Shown here: positions 26,127 to 36,052 of the stretch, piece after piece
Layout of the letters: every line of letters begins with the position of its first letter
Numbering within the stretch: position 1 is the stretch's first letter
Made by a program: the position numbers and the translations under genes
IMG/VR virus record: IMGVR_UViG_3300025675_000039
Span: 1-42,959 of that record
Length of the DNA stretch: 42,959 nt
Direction: 5' to 3' (one strand)
DNA from: a virus
Lineage: Duplodnaviria; Caudoviricetes
Notes under the pieces: generated by a model
Told to the model about the DNA's origin: nothing
The model's database searches: none
What the model saw: only the letters and a program-made list of their open reading frames with translations

Positions 26127-29100
26127 CTACGTCAGCACCAGGTCCTGGCCGTCCGCGGTCTTGCAGTTGACCAGCGACACGGAGCCGGACGGGCCGAGGA
26201 TGATGTCGCGGCGGTTGGTACCGTCCCAATTTACGTCGATGATGTTCTCCAGGAGATGCCCGTAGTCACCGCCGCGATGGGCGAAGAAGAAGCCGTCGCC
26301 GCCGCAGTTGATCACCTCGCAGTCCTGGATCGTGTACACCCCGCCCGAGTAGGTGTGGACCATGGTGTTCCGCCGCGTCCAATCGCGCGGCAGACTGGTC
26401 TGGAAGTCCTTGAAGGTGCAGCGCTTGATCGTGAACTGGCCGTGCGAAGACAGGATCATCGGGCAGTCGCTCGTGGCGCCGGCAATGAAGTCGCAGTCGG
26501 TAACCATCACCGGGCCGAAACTGTCGCCCCCCTTGAAGGTGATGATGCCGCCTTCGGAACCGTTCACGTCGTCGGTCGAGTTCGCACCGCAGTTCTCGAA
26601 CAGGCAGTTGTCGATCGTGATGTCGTAGCACTTGGCGTAGAGCGCATTGCAGTCGCTGTGATGCGCGCTGTTGGTGCAGTCCTTCACGATGTTGTTGCGG
26701 AAGTACCACCCGGTGACCTGGCGGATGTCAGCGACCACCGAGCCATTAATCTTGTTGTGGCTGTGGGTCGAGGTGATCCGGTAGAACTCGTTATTGTCGA
26801 TGTACACCGCCGGGTTGACGTCGCGTCCCATCGTCCGGTTGGCGTTCATCCAGACGATCGTGCCGACGTGGTTGCCCTTCGAGGTGCCCTGCGGCATGTC
26901 ATGGACATGGTTCTGGTAGAACCGCAGGCTGCCGTGGTAGTAGCCGAGCAGCGCCACGCAGCCCTTGCCGTCGTAAACCTCGTTGCGACCGAAATGCACG
27001 TCGCGGATCGAGTGCGGGCCCTTCAGGGCGCCGACGCAGGTGTCGCAGTCCTCGAACACGCAGTCGAGTACCCGGAGACCGGTGTTGTCGCCGGGCGAGA
27101 CCGGCGTCGACACGTTGCGCGCCGGGCCGACGAAGTAGCTGTAGTTGGTCCGGCTCGACGAGAACTGGTACTCGTTGTCGGTCTCGCCGTCCTCGCTGTA
27201 CACCGTGTCGTCGATGTTGCAGAGCGCGACAGGCCAGTTCTTCCAGTGCAGGTACTGGAACCGCAGGTTGTTGGCATGGAAGTACAGGGCGCCCGAGCCG
27301 CCGGCGTCGAGCACCGGCCGACCGGTGCCAGTGTCGTAGCCGTAGATCGACTGGGTGATCTCGCGCTTGCCCAGCCCCGAGAAGTCCCAGGTGCCCGAGC
27401 CGATCTTGCCGGGCTTGCCCTGGGCTTCCAGGTCGTCGAGCCAGGCCGCGATCGAGCCGTAGTCCCCGGCGTCGAGGGCGCCGGCCGGGATGTCGCTGCC
27501 GTCGGCGGTGTAGAGCGGCTCGGCGTAGCTGGGCGCGCTGGCGATGCCGCGGCCGGTACCGCCCGGGTCGCCGGTGCCGGTGTCGCCCTGGGTCGCGGCC
27601 AACACCGTGCCGATTCCGGTGATCGCGATCGACGCATCGACATGGCGCGCCGGGATCGCCCAACCGAAGGTGCTATCGCCGCTGGGCACCACCCGGTGCG
27701 AGATCGCCGTGGTCGACGACACGTTGTCGAGATGCGCCTTCTCCTCCGACCCCTCGGTCGGATCGATGTCGATCACGTCGCCGACCGAGGCGACCGAGAC
27801 GCCGATCGCCTGGCCGGTCGGGTTGTTCATCGAGATCTCGTGCGCCGCCGCATCGGTGACGAAACTGGCGGCAGTGTCAACCGGCCCGCCCAGCTCTACC
27901 CCGGTCAGCGCCTCGATCCGGTAGCTGACCTCGCGCGGCAGGCCGGTCGACTGCAGCACCACATCGGCGGTCTTGGCGCCCGGGCTCTCGACGTAGAACA
28001 CGGCGGCGTAGTTGTACGACGAGCCGTCCTTGGGGCCGGTCGCCGCCTCGACCGCAACCTCCATGGCGACCCCGTCGAAGGTGACGGTCCATTCCTGGCC
28101 AGCGAACGTATGATCCTCGACGCTGAGCGAGACCAGCAGCACGTCGTGCTCGCTGGTGGTGGTCACCGACTCCGTGATCGTGCCAGTGTCGGCGAGGGTG
28201 CCTTCGGCGAAGAACGTGTCGGCAAAGTCGAGCTGCTTGTCGACTTGTGCAATGATTGCACCGGTCGCGGCGATCGATACCGCGGCCGACCCGTCGTGCC
28301 TGGCGGTGGCGGACAGGGCGCCGGTGCCGGAGATCGTGACGTTCTTGCCCAGGTTGTTGAGCACCCAGCTGACCGCCCGGTCGAACATGATCGTGGCGTT
28401 CGAGGTCCAATCGGACGCGACGGCACCGGCAACGAAGGCGATGCGCGCCGGCTTCACCGTGCCGGCCTCTGCCGCCAGGACACCCCAGTACCCGGACCTG
28501 TTCTTGATCTCGGCCAGCCCGTCGACCCCCGGTGCCAAGGTCTGCATGAACCCCTGGGCCGAGCCGTTGTTGGTGAACTTGACAATCTCGTCCTGCGACC
28601 ACCCCTGCATGATCGGATGCGTTGGGTCGCGCACCACCACGTCCTCGGTCAGCTCGTCGGCCGATAGGCCGAAGCCGGTGACCAGCTCGCTTTCGTCCCA
28701 GGTCGCGCCCTCGGTGGTGACGATCGGCACGCCCTCGGTGAACAGCCACTCGGTGTTCGACGAGTTCGTCGAGGGGACGATCACCAGCAGGTCGTAGTTG
28801 GTCGGGGTCCAGCCGCCGTCACTGTCGTCCTTCACCGTGACAGTGTGCCCCAGGATGGTCTCGAGGCGGTCCTTGACCACCTGATCGCCGGTCGTGAGCC
28901 CACCTGAGTAGCCGACCACCAGGGCTGTGTTGATCGCTACCGCCGGTGCGTCGGTGGTAACCTCTAGAGCGCCCGAGGCGCTGATCGTGCCAACAGACCC
29001 TTCCCGGTCACCGGACGCTGACGCCGCAATGGCCCCGGTGGCGGTGATCGCCGGCAGCGCCGTATTGACCGCGGGCGCGCCGATGTCGGCCGGCCACCAC

Positions 29101-30332
29101 ACCGCGACATACGAGTTGTCCTGCCACGAAATGCGCGTCCAGCTGCTGGTGATCTCCGAGGTGCCGTCGGTGTCGTCGTAGGCGGCATGGCCGCCGTAAT
29201 ACTGGTCAGGGAACTCCTCGGCGAAGACGCGCAGATTCGTGACGTCCCAGGTGGTGTTCCACTCGCTGTTGATGGCGACGTGCAGCTGGCCGGGCGCGGA
29301 GGCCGGCGTGTAGGTCACGGACTTCGATTCGCTGGCACTGCCCTCGGTTCCGATCAACGTAGGCGCCCCGGAGGCCAGGCCGTTCACCGTGTAGGCGATC
29401 ACGGTATTGCGCGAGCTGTGCCAGGTGCCGGAGAACGTGACGACGATCCGACCGTTGGTCTTGGCCGGCGGGTCGTCGAGGTACCAGATCGCGGTGTGTG
29501 CCGCGTCCCAGTCGACGTTGATGTCGTGGTTGCCGGCCCCACCCTCGAACATCGAGACCGGGTTCGAGCCGTCGCTGTCCTGGAACTCGACGGCGGTGAT
29601 CGTATTCGCCGAAGAGGGCGACAGGCCGGTGATCGAGACGATCAGCTTGTCTTCGGTGCCCTGGGTCGTGACCCCGGTCAGGATCAGCGGTGAGGCCCCG
29701 CTGCCGCTGTCCAGGTCGTTGCCGCTGGCCTTCACCGACGGGCCGCGAATCGACGCGGCGGCCCAGTTGACCGCCTTCTCGACGATCGCCAGGGCGGCGG
29801 CGGTCAGGGTGGACGGATCGTTGCCGCCGGCCAGGAAGACGCGGCGCTCAGTGGCGACGTTGCCCAGCTCGTCGGTGTCGCCCTCCTCGACCAGCGAGAT
29901 GACGCTCTGGCCCGAGGCATTGTCGCCGATCTGGACGACGTCGTTGACCGGGCTGCCCATGTGGCCGATATCGGCGACGCCGTCCGACCAGGTGACCACG
30001 TCGTTGACCGCGTAGCCGTCGGTGATCGGCGCGCGCAGCGCCCGGATCGTGATGTCGGCAACGGTGCCGTCGGTCGCGCCGGCGTCGCCCAGGCCGAACT
30101 CGTCGTGGGTCGCCCCTTCGAGGGTCAGAATCGGTACACCCTGCCCATCGAGATTGGCGACGTTGGAGCTGTTTACGCTCTCCAGCGTGACCAACAGGTC
30201 GGCCGAGGGGTCCGCCGCATCGCCCTCGCTGGCAAAGGTGACGGTGTGCCCCCAGCTCTCGAACTGGCTTTTCCAGGCGGTATCCCAGGAGGTCGGGGAC
30301 CCGGCGCTGCCGATGTACATCGTGATGTTCAT
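26127..30332 (-). CDS. Large modular tail-associated protein with C-terminal right-handed beta-helix (putative depolymerase/spike)
   Basis: Duplicated N-terminal domains; C-terminal Asn/Cys-ladder repeats (DCVFEDC, NCLFENC, RCTFKD). Confidence 0.7.
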   Translation of the reverse strand: MNITMYIGSAGSPTSWDTAWKSQFESWGHTVTFASEGDAADPSADLLVTLESVNSSNVANLDGQGVPILTLEGATHDEFGLGDAGATDGTVADITIRALRAPITDGYAVNDVVTWSDGVADIGHMGSPVNDVVQIGDNASGQSVISLVEEGDTDELGNVATERRVFLAGGNDPSTLTAAALAIVEKAVNWAAASIRGPSVKASGNDLDSGSGASPLILTGVTTQGTEDKLIVSITGLSPSSANTITAVEFQDSDGSNPVSMFEGGAGNHDINVDWDAAHTAIWYLDDPPAKTNGRIVVTFSGTWHSSRNTVIAYTVNGLASGAPTLIGTEGSASESKSVTYTPASAPGQLHVAINSEWNTTWDVTNLRVFAEEFPDQYYGGHAAYDDTDGTSEITSSWTRISWQDNSYVAVWWPADIGAPAVNTALPAITATGAIAASASGDREGSVGTISASGALEVTTDAPAVAINTALVVGYSGGLTTGDQVVKDRLETILGHTVTVKDDSDGGWTPTNYDLLVIVPSTNSSNTEWLFTEGVPIVTTEGATWDESELVTGFGLSADELTEDVVVRDPTHPIMQGWSQDEIVKFTNNGSAQGFMQTLAPGVDGLAEIKNRSGYWGVLAAEAGTVKPARIAFVAGAVASDWTSNATIMFDRAVSWVLNNLGKNVTISGTGALSATARHDGSAAVSIAATGAIIAQVDKQLDFADTFFAEGTLADTGTITESVTTTSEHDVLLVSLSVEDHTFAGQEWTVTFDGVAMEVAVEAATGPKDGSSYNYAAVFYVESPGAKTADVVLQSTGLPREVSYRIEALTGVELGGPVDTAASFVTDAAAHEISMNNPTGQAIGVSVASVGDVIDIDPTEGSEEKAHLDNVSSTTAISHRVVPSGDSTFGWAIPARHVDASIAITGIGTVLAATQGDTGTGDPGGTGRGIASAPSYAEPLYTADGSDIPAGALDAGDYGSIAAWLDDLEAQGKPGKIGSGTWDFSGLGKREITQSIYGYDTGTGRPVLDAGGSGALYFHANNLRFQYLHWKNWPVALCNIDDTVYSEDGETDNEYQFSSSRTNYSYFVGPARNVSTPVSPGDNTGLRVLDCVFEDCDTCVGALKGPHSIRDVHFGRNEVYDGKGCVALLGYYHGSLRFYQNHVHDMPQGTSKGNHVGTIVWMNANRTMGRDVNPAVYIDNNEFYRITSTHSHNKINGSVVADIRQVTGWYFRNNIVKDCTNSAHHSDCNALYAKCYDITIDNCLFENCGANSTDDVNGSEGGIITFKGGDSFGPVMVTDCDFIAGATSDCPMILSSHGQFTIKRCTFKDFQTSLPRDWTRRNTMVHTYSGGVYTIQDCEVINCGGDGFFFAHRGGDYGHLLENIIDVNWDGTNRRDIILGPSGSVSLVNCKTADGQDLVLT
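28248..28260. repeat. Dispersed palindrome copy 9 (TGCAATGATTGCA, 1-nt spacer)
   Basis: Inside the 1401-aa gene, encoding AIIA. Confidence 0.85.
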
Positions 30333-30342
30333 GCCCGGGCCC

Positions 30343-30690
30343 TCAGATATCGAAGACGCGCTTCATGCGCGCCCGGACGGTGACGACGTTGTAGGCGACG
30401 GGCGTCTTGGTCCACTGGGTGCAGATCAGCCGGTAGGGCTGGACATGACCCGGCGGCGTCCAGTCGAACGGCAGATAGCCTTCCTGCTGTTCGAAGAACT
30501 CGATCAGCTCGTCGGCCTCCTCGGTCTCGAGATGCGACCAGGTCACGGTCGTCTCGAGCTCCATGGTGTTGAGGCCGTCGCCGGCGCGCTGCGAGTAGCC
30601 GTCACCGAACTTGGCCTCGAGCACCCGGGGCTTGGTGGTCCAGGAAATGCCGCGGTCGGGCGGCTGGGGCGGGGCGAACAGCGTGGCCAT
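30343..30690 (-). CDS. Minor tail protein (lambda gpM-like)
   Basis: FGDGYSQRAGDGLN, F.WTPP. Confidence 0.95.
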   Translation of the reverse strand: MATLFAPPQPPDRGISWTTKPRVLEAKFGDGYSQRAGDGLNTMELETTVTWSHLETEEADELIEFFEQQEGYLPFDWTPPGHVQPYRLICTQWTKTPVAYNVVTVRARMKRVFDI

Positions 30691-30691
30691 G

Positions 30692-33640
30692 TCAGTACCT
30701 CATGGTCCCGAGCTGATCCCCGTAGCCGGGGTTCAGCATGTTCCCTGGCCGCTGCTGCTCCTGCATGAACTCCGCCATCTTGGCGTTCATGATCTCGTCG
30801 AGCTCGCGGCCGATCTGCTCGGCGAGGCGCTGATCGGCCTGCTGATCGCCCGAGCTGCCGCCCTGGACCGAGACAGAAGTCCGCGGCGCGAACACCACCG
30901 ATCCCCCGCCGCCCTGGGCCTGGACTCCGAGATCGCCGTTGCTCAGCCGGACCAGCGGCATCACCGCCTCATCGCCGGCTTCGCCCATCAGCCCGACCCC
31001 CTTGGCGAAGGCGAACAGGGTCGGCTGGCTGATCACCTCGTTGAGGTGCCCAGTGACGCCGCGGCCGAAGACGTTGCCCTGGGCGCTGGGGACGAGCAGA
31101 CCGCTGACGATGCCGGAGATGCCCTTCTGGAGCGGCTCCAGCAGACCGGCCTGCAGGGCGATCTCGGCCAGCTGCAGCGACAGCCGGGACAGGGCCTCGG
31201 CCATCGAGTCCGACTGCAGGATCATCGAGCTGGCGAAGTTCGAGAACGCCTGGCCAGCCTGATCGGCCGCCGGGCCGAACTCCTTCAGCGCCGCCTCGAC
31301 CGCGTCCTTCTGCTCCAGGTTCTGCCGGTAGGCCGCAGTGAGCTCGTCGACCTTCTGCTTCTCGGCCCCGGCGGCCTCCAAGGACTCCCGGAACTGCGCC
31401 ACATTGGAGTCGATCTGCCGGGCCCGATTGTAGGCCTCGTAGGCTTCCTGGCCCTGGCTCAGCGCCTCGATCTCGCCGGCGACGGCATCGGACTGCTCGA
31501 CGATCTTGGCGACCTCCCGGTCGCGCTCCAGGGCCAGGGCGCGCAGGGCGTCGTCGCGGGCGGCAACCGCCCGGGCCAGCAGCTCCTCCTCATTGGCGGC
31601 GCCGCTGATCGCCTCGCGCAGGTCGCGGAACTCCTGCTCGACCTGAGCCACCTGGCGCTGGTAGTCCGACAACAGGGCAAGCTGTCCCTGGCGCTCGAAG
31701 GCCTCCAGGTCGCTCAGGAAGCTGGGCGCGCTGCCACTGCCGCCGCCAAGCGACGGGACACGGGGCGGATCGGTCTCGGGGTCGTCCTCTCCGCCGCTGC
31801 CCGAGGGGCTGGGCGGCCGGACCACCGCCCCGGCCAGGGTACCACCGGCCCCGCCACCGATGATGCCAGCCTCGCGGTTCAGCCCGGCGATCGAGTCCTC
31901 CAGTGCAATGATTGCACTGCGGGCGTCCTGGGCATCCTGGCGCCACTGGTCAATCTGGGTGCCGAAGCCGCTCTCGCCCGGCGCCGCGCCCTCGGCGAAT
32001 CCCTCGCGCTGCAGGTCACGCGCCGCCGACAGCCGGGCGATCATCGCCTCGGCCACTGCCAGGTGGCCCTGGGCCTCCTGCAGCAGCAGCGGCAGGGTCT
32101 CCTTGACCGACTCGCCGAGATCCGAGTTGGCGTCGACCTGGCCCTCGATCACCTGGTTGGCGAGGTCGGTCGCCTCCTTGACCTCATCCTGGACGTCGCG
32201 GAAATCACGAATCGTCGGCGTGGTCTTGCCGAGCTGGACACCAAGTGCGATGGCGCCGGCGGTCACCGCGGCGATGGCGAGACCGGCCGGCCCCAGGGCA
32301 ACCGCCGCGGTACCGATCGCCGCGGTGAACGGCCCAAGGGCGAAGGTTGCGCCCTTGATGGCCAATCCGGCCCCGGCAGCCATCGGCGCGATACCGGCGC
32401 CCACCGCGATGAACTCCTGGACCGGCTGGGGCAGGTCCTGGAAGGCGTCGTTCAGATTGTTCAGCGCGTCGGTGACGGTCTGGATGATCTCGGTCGCCAG
32501 CGGCGCAAGGGCTTCGCCCACCGAGGTAACGAAGTCCTGGAAGGCGTTCTGGAGCAGCTGGACCTGGGCGTTGAACGATTCGTAGGCCCGGGCCGCCTCC
32601 TCCGCCGTAGCGCCGCCCTCGGCCGCCGCCGTGTTGGCCTGGCGCAGCCGCAGCGCGAACCGTTCATAGTTGCTGGCCAGCGGGACGATGGTCTTGTTGA
32701 CCTCTTCCTGCTGCAGGCCCAGCTCCTCCAGCACCTCATAGTAGTTGCCGCCCTGATCGATCACCGCGCCGAGGCCTTCGATGAACTTCTCGAACACCTC
32801 GGTCGGGTCGTTCTCGAAGGCCTGGTCGAGCGCCGGGCCGATGAGGTTGGTCAGCGCCTCGACCGCGCTGCGACCCTCTCCGGTCTTGAGCGCCTGATCG
32901 ATCGCCCGGAAGGTCCGACCCACAGCAGTGCCGGAAACCTCGGCGCGCAGGCCCATCTCGGCCATGGCGGCACCGATGCCCGCCGCTGCGGTGGTGCCGA
33001 TCTCGAAGGTCGCCGTGGCCAGCGCGATCTCGGTCGCCATCTCGGCGATCTGGCGCTCGTTGGTCGCGGCGTTGTTGCCCAGCGTGACGATGACGTCCGA
33101 CAGCCGGCGGGCCTCGCCGATACCCTCGCCCATCACGTTGAGCATCCGGGTGAGCGCAGTGGCGGCCTCCTCGCCGGCCAGGTTCGAGGCCGACCCCAGC
33201 TCGGCGATCACCTTGGTGAACGACAGGATGTTGTCGGTGCCGCGGATGCCGAGCTGGCCGGCGACCACGGCGATCTCGGCCAGGGTGGCACGGGCCTGCG
33301 GGATCTCCCGCGCCATCTCTCGGAACTGGGCGGTGAACTGCTCGGTCTCGGCCGCCGTCTGATCGGTGGTCTTGGCGACCGCGATCATCTGGCTTTCGAG
33401 CTCGCCGAAGGTGCCGAGGGCTCCCCGGATCAGCCGGGCCTGGGCGTACATAGTGGCAAGCCCGGCGGTGACCTCGCCCAGGCTGCGGGCCATCTCCCGG
33501 AACTGCTGGCCCGTGTCGCGCGCCTGACGACCGGTGCGTTCGGTAGTACCGCCGACATCCCGCAGGACGCGCGACGCCTCGTCGCGCATCTTGATGATGA
33601 ACTCCAGCTCCTGCTGGCTGGGGCGTCCGTCGAACGGCAT
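30692..33640 (-). CDS. Tail tape measure protein
   Basis: TP901-family core (AVAKTTD...AGQLG...LGNNAATNE); lambda-type C-terminus GLMGEAGDEAVMPL. Confidence 0.95.
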   Translation of the reverse strand: MPFDGRPSQQELEFIIKMRDEASRVLRDVGGTTERTGRQARDTGQQFREMARSLGEVTAGLATMYAQARLIRGALGTFGELESQMIAVAKTTDQTAAETEQFTAQFREMAREIPQARATLAEIAVVAGQLGIRGTDNILSFTKVIAELGSASNLAGEEAATALTRMLNVMGEGIGEARRLSDVIVTLGNNAATNERQIAEMATEIALATATFEIGTTAAAGIGAAMAEMGLRAEVSGTAVGRTFRAIDQALKTGEGRSAVEALTNLIGPALDQAFENDPTEVFEKFIEGLGAVIDQGGNYYEVLEELGLQQEEVNKTIVPLASNYERFALRLRQANTAAAEGGATAEEAARAYESFNAQVQLLQNAFQDFVTSVGEALAPLATEIIQTVTDALNNLNDAFQDLPQPVQEFIAVGAGIAPMAAGAGLAIKGATFALGPFTAAIGTAAVALGPAGLAIAAVTAGAIALGVQLGKTTPTIRDFRDVQDEVKEATDLANQVIEGQVDANSDLGESVKETLPLLLQEAQGHLAVAEAMIARLSAARDLQREGFAEGAAPGESGFGTQIDQWRQDAQDARSAIIALEDSIAGLNREAGIIGGGAGGTLAGAVVRPPSPSGSGGEDDPETDPPRVPSLGGGSGSAPSFLSDLEAFERQGQLALLSDYQRQVAQVEQEFRDLREAISGAANEEELLARAVAARDDALRALALERDREVAKIVEQSDAVAGEIEALSQGQEAYEAYNRARQIDSNVAQFRESLEAAGAEKQKVDELTAAYRQNLEQKDAVEAALKEFGPAADQAGQAFSNFASSMILQSDSMAEALSRLSLQLAEIALQAGLLEPLQKGISGIVSGLLVPSAQGNVFGRGVTGHLNEVISQPTLFAFAKGVGLMGEAGDEAVMPLVRLSNGDLGVQAQGGGGSVVFAPRTSVSVQGGSSGDQQADQRLAEQIGRELDEIMNAKMAEFMQEQQRPGNMLNPGYGDQLGTMRY
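31904..31916. repeat. Dispersed palindrome copy 10 (TGCAATGATTGCA; symmetry extends over 31901-31919)
   Basis: Inside the tape measure gene, encoding AIIA. Confidence 0.85.
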
Positions 33641-33658
33641 CCTGCGGGTCTCCTGACC

Positions 33659-34039
33659 TTACCGACGGTTCTGCCGGCTCTGCTCCCTCTTCTCCTCGAA
33701 GGCCTCCTCGAACGTGGCGTCGACCAACGAGAGCATGGACATCAGCCGAACCGGCTGGTCATGCAGGCCGCCCGCCTCGGGCAGGAAGCCCTTGTTCATC
33801 ATCCGCCGGTAGGTCAGCAGCTGGTGCCAGCCACGCGGATCGTCCTTGATCGGCCGCCGGGGGCAGCGGAAGGCCGTCTCGCCGTCGAGCTCGATCGGGT
33901 CCTCCGCGGCGTTCTCCCAGTCGCCATCTTCGTTCTGGACCGCGTGGCAGCCCCAGGCCCGCTGCTGGCGGTCGGTGCAGGCGGCGCAATCCCGCTCCGG
34001 GAGCAGAACCAGCGCGATCACGCCGCTGCGGAGTTTTTT
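33659..34039 (-). CDS. Tail assembly chaperone, frameshifted C-terminal part (gpT-like)
   Basis: In the -1 frame relative to the upstream chaperone; LPEAGGLHDQP motif; directly before the tape measure gene. Confidence 0.8.
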   Translation of the reverse strand, partial: KKLRSGVIALVLLPERDCAACTDRQQRAWGCHAVQNEDGDWENAAEDPIELDGETAFRCPRRPIKDDPRGWHQLLTYRRMMNKGFLPEAGGLHDQPVRLMSMLSLVDATFEEAFEEKREQSRQNRR

Positions 34040-34455
34040 GCCTCCTCCTTGGTCACCTGGTTGACCTGCTTGATCTCGGCGGCGAGCTCGCGCACCAGGG
34101 CGATCGACAGGTACTGCAGGCTCTCGTCGGCGACCACCGTGTAGGTCTTGCCGTTGACCGCCTGCTGCTTGGTCTTGAACGGGATGTCGTTGCCCTGCTC
34201 GTCGCGGAAGTTGCGCCAGCCCTTGAGGCCGAAGCGCACCGCGTCGAGGTTCGTGGCGTTGGTGTTCAGGGCCATCTGTCCGTTGTCGCCCAGGCTCATT
34301 GCCCGGTCGTAGACCCAGGACATCAGGAAGACGTCGAGCGAGCCCAGCTCGAAAACGGTGGCGTCGGCGGTCGGATAGTCATCCTGGTCGCGCGCCGGGT
34401 CATCCTTCGAGACGTACTGACGCACGCCGCTCAGGTTCATCCCCACGAGTGCCAT
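34018..34455 (-). CDS. Tail assembly chaperone (gpG-like)
   Basis: AAGGAG RBS, GLKGWRNFRD motif, ends EAKN with a slippery site. Confidence 0.85.
   Translation of the reverse strand: MALVGMNLSGVRQYVSKDDPARDQDDYPTADATVFELGSLDVFLMSWVYDRAMSLGDNGQMALNTNATNLDAVRFGLKGWRNFRDEQGNDIPFKTKQQAVNGKTYTVVADESLQYLSIALVRELAAEIKQVNQVTKEEAKNSAAA
34033..34039 (-). other. Programmed -1 frameshift site A AAA AAC
   Basis: GCA AAA AAC in frame; a -1 shift reads KKLRSGVIALVLLPERDC into the downstream ORF. Confidence 0.85.
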
Positions 34456-34627
34456 CGATCCGCTCCTTCGGTGCATGGCCAGTGTCGGGGGGCAGCTTGT
34501 CTGCCCATAGCACCCGCACTCTACAAGGGGCGTTGGCTTTCGCAATCGCCTGGGCGGGGTCGCGGGCCAGCTTTGCGGCCAGGATCTCGCCGTTGGTCCG
34601 CTGGACGATGAACACCTTGACCCGCAT
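34400..34627 (-). CDS. Hypothetical protein (75 aa)
   Basis: ATG at 34627 with AAGGA RBS directly after a palindrome copy; overlaps the gpG start. Confidence 0.45.
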   Translation of the reverse strand: MRVKVFIVQRTNGEILAAKLARDPAQAIAKANAPCRVRVLWADKLPPDTGHAPKERIDGTRGDEPERRASVRLEG

Positions 34628-34641
34628 CGCCGGTTTCCTTG

Positions 34642-34655
34642 TGCAATCAATTGCA
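34642..34655. repeat. Dispersed palindrome copy 11 (TGCAATCAATTGCA), intergenic
   Basis: Abuts a terminator-like hairpin. Confidence 0.95.
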
Positions 34656-34697
34656 AACAACAAAGGGGGCGGCCCCAGGCAAGGCCACCCCCTTGTT
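34656..34697 (-). terminator. Terminator-like hairpin after the tail tube genes
   Basis: AAGGGGGCGGCC/GGCCACCCCCTT stem followed by TTTGTTGTTT on the minus strand. Confidence 0.65.
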
Positions 34698-34733
34698 CCA
34701 CCGCAGGGCCGGCACGAGGCGGCCTTCGGCGGA

Positions 34734-34886
34734 TCAGGTGCTCTGGACGCCCTTGGGAAAATCGTCCCGGGCCGGTGTGTCTTCGAGACGGGGCAGTGTC
34801 TCCTTGACCCGTTCCCAGGCCTGGCGAAGGGCTGTGTCGTCCCGCGAGCCCTTGCCGGGCGTATAGGTCAGCTCGTTGCAGGCCAT
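34734..34886 (-). CDS. Small hypothetical protein (50 aa)
   Basis: MACNELTYTPGKG... with GAGGAGG RBS. Confidence 0.5.
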   Translation of the reverse strand: MACNELTYTPGKGSRDDTALRQAWERVKETLPRLEDTPARDDFPKGVQST

Positions 34887-34896
34887 GGCGTCCTCC

Positions 34897-35835
34897 TCAC
34901 TTGAAGACGAGCTGGAACTCGTCGTTGCCGGTGTCGCGGCCCAGGCGCAGGCCGGCGTCGTAGGTGCGGATGCCGTTGCGGTCGCGATAGGTCAGGCCGG
35001 TGTACTGCACCTTGGGCGCCGAATAGGCGATGATGTTGCCGGCAGTCGATCCGATCTGGCCGGACACCGCCATCTGCTTGGCGGTGCTCAGCTTGCCCCA
35101 GAAATCCTCGTCGGCGACCAGGGTGGCCTCCGGATCGATGCCGCCGGTCGGCTGACGGCCGGTGATGCGGATGCCCTTGACGCCCTCGGGCGAGTTCACG
35201 TCGGGACGCTCGTTGATCTGGATGCCCATGTCGAACGAGAAGCGGCCGATCACCAGATCCGAATTGCCGTCGACCGTGAGCTGCGAGCTCTCGATCTTCG
35301 GCGGCTTGGTCGTCTCGTAGGTCGCCGAGGGCAGCGCCATGTCGGTCGGATCGTTCCACAGCCCGGTGAACTCGAAATTGAACCGGCCGTAGCGGCCCGC
35401 CTCGCCTTCCAGGGTGAAGGTGCCCATCGCCCCGGTCAGCAGGTGCTTGAGGCCGTCGAAGTACATCTCGATCGTCGCGGTCTCGAAGTTGGTCGACACC
35501 GGGACGTAGGTGATGTCGGTGCCGTCGTTCAGCGTCTCCGAGAAGCCGCAGGCACGCAGCAGCTGGCCGATCCGCGGCGTAGTGGCGCCGTCATCGGTCG
35601 ACCCGTTGGACTTGGCCTCGACCGAGAAGGTCATCCGGGCGAGCTTGCGCCCCGCAGCGACGCCGGCCGGCGACAGATCCTCATAAGCGATCTCGCGCTC
35701 GAGGGTGGTGACGTCGGGCTGGAAGTCCGGATTGATCGCCTGGATGGCGTCATCAGCCGCCGCCAGGGTTTCGGCCGTGCCGCTCACACTCTCGATCTTG
35801 GCCATGACGAGCGCGCGGCGAGTCAGCAGGGGCAT
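34897..35835 (-). CDS. Major tail tube protein
   Basis: LLTRRALVMAKIESVSG, LLRACGFSET, GAMGTF, ITGRQPTG; position upstream of the chaperones. Confidence 0.85.
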   Translation of the reverse strand: MPLLTRRALVMAKIESVSGTAETLAAADDAIQAINPDFQPDVTTLEREIAYEDLSPAGVAAGRKLARMTFSVEAKSNGSTDDGATTPRIGQLLRACGFSETLNDGTDITYVPVSTNFETATIEMYFDGLKHLLTGAMGTFTLEGEAGRYGRFNFEFTGLWNDPTDMALPSATYETTKPPKIESSQLTVDGNSDLVIGRFSFDMGIQINERPDVNSPEGVKGIRITGRQPTGGIDPEATLVADEDFWGKLSTAKQMAVSGQIGSTAGNIIAYSAPKVQYTGLTYRDRNGIRTYDAGLRLGRDTGNDEFQLVFK

Positions 35836-35881
35836 GTCTCAGTTCCTCTTCCTTGAGGCTCGTCCTTGAGCCGTCGAGCGG

Positions 35882-36052
35882 TCAGCGGCCGTCGGGCGTC
35901 TTCTCCAGTATATGCGCGACCTGCTCCGGGCGGTACCGCTGGCCGTCGACCATCACGAAACGACCACCGATGCCGGGCGGCACCGGCTTGCCGATCGACT
36001 TCGGGGAGGCCTTGCGCCTCCCCTCCACCGGTGGGACCTCGTCCTCGGCCAT
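35882..36052 (-). CDS. Small hypothetical protein (56 aa)
   Basis: TGATG-coupled ORF MAEDEVPPVEG...GGRFVMVDGQR. Confidence 0.5.
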   Translation of the reverse strand: MAEDEVPPVEGRRKASPKSIGKPVPPGIGGRFVMVDGQRYRPEQVAHILEKTPDGR

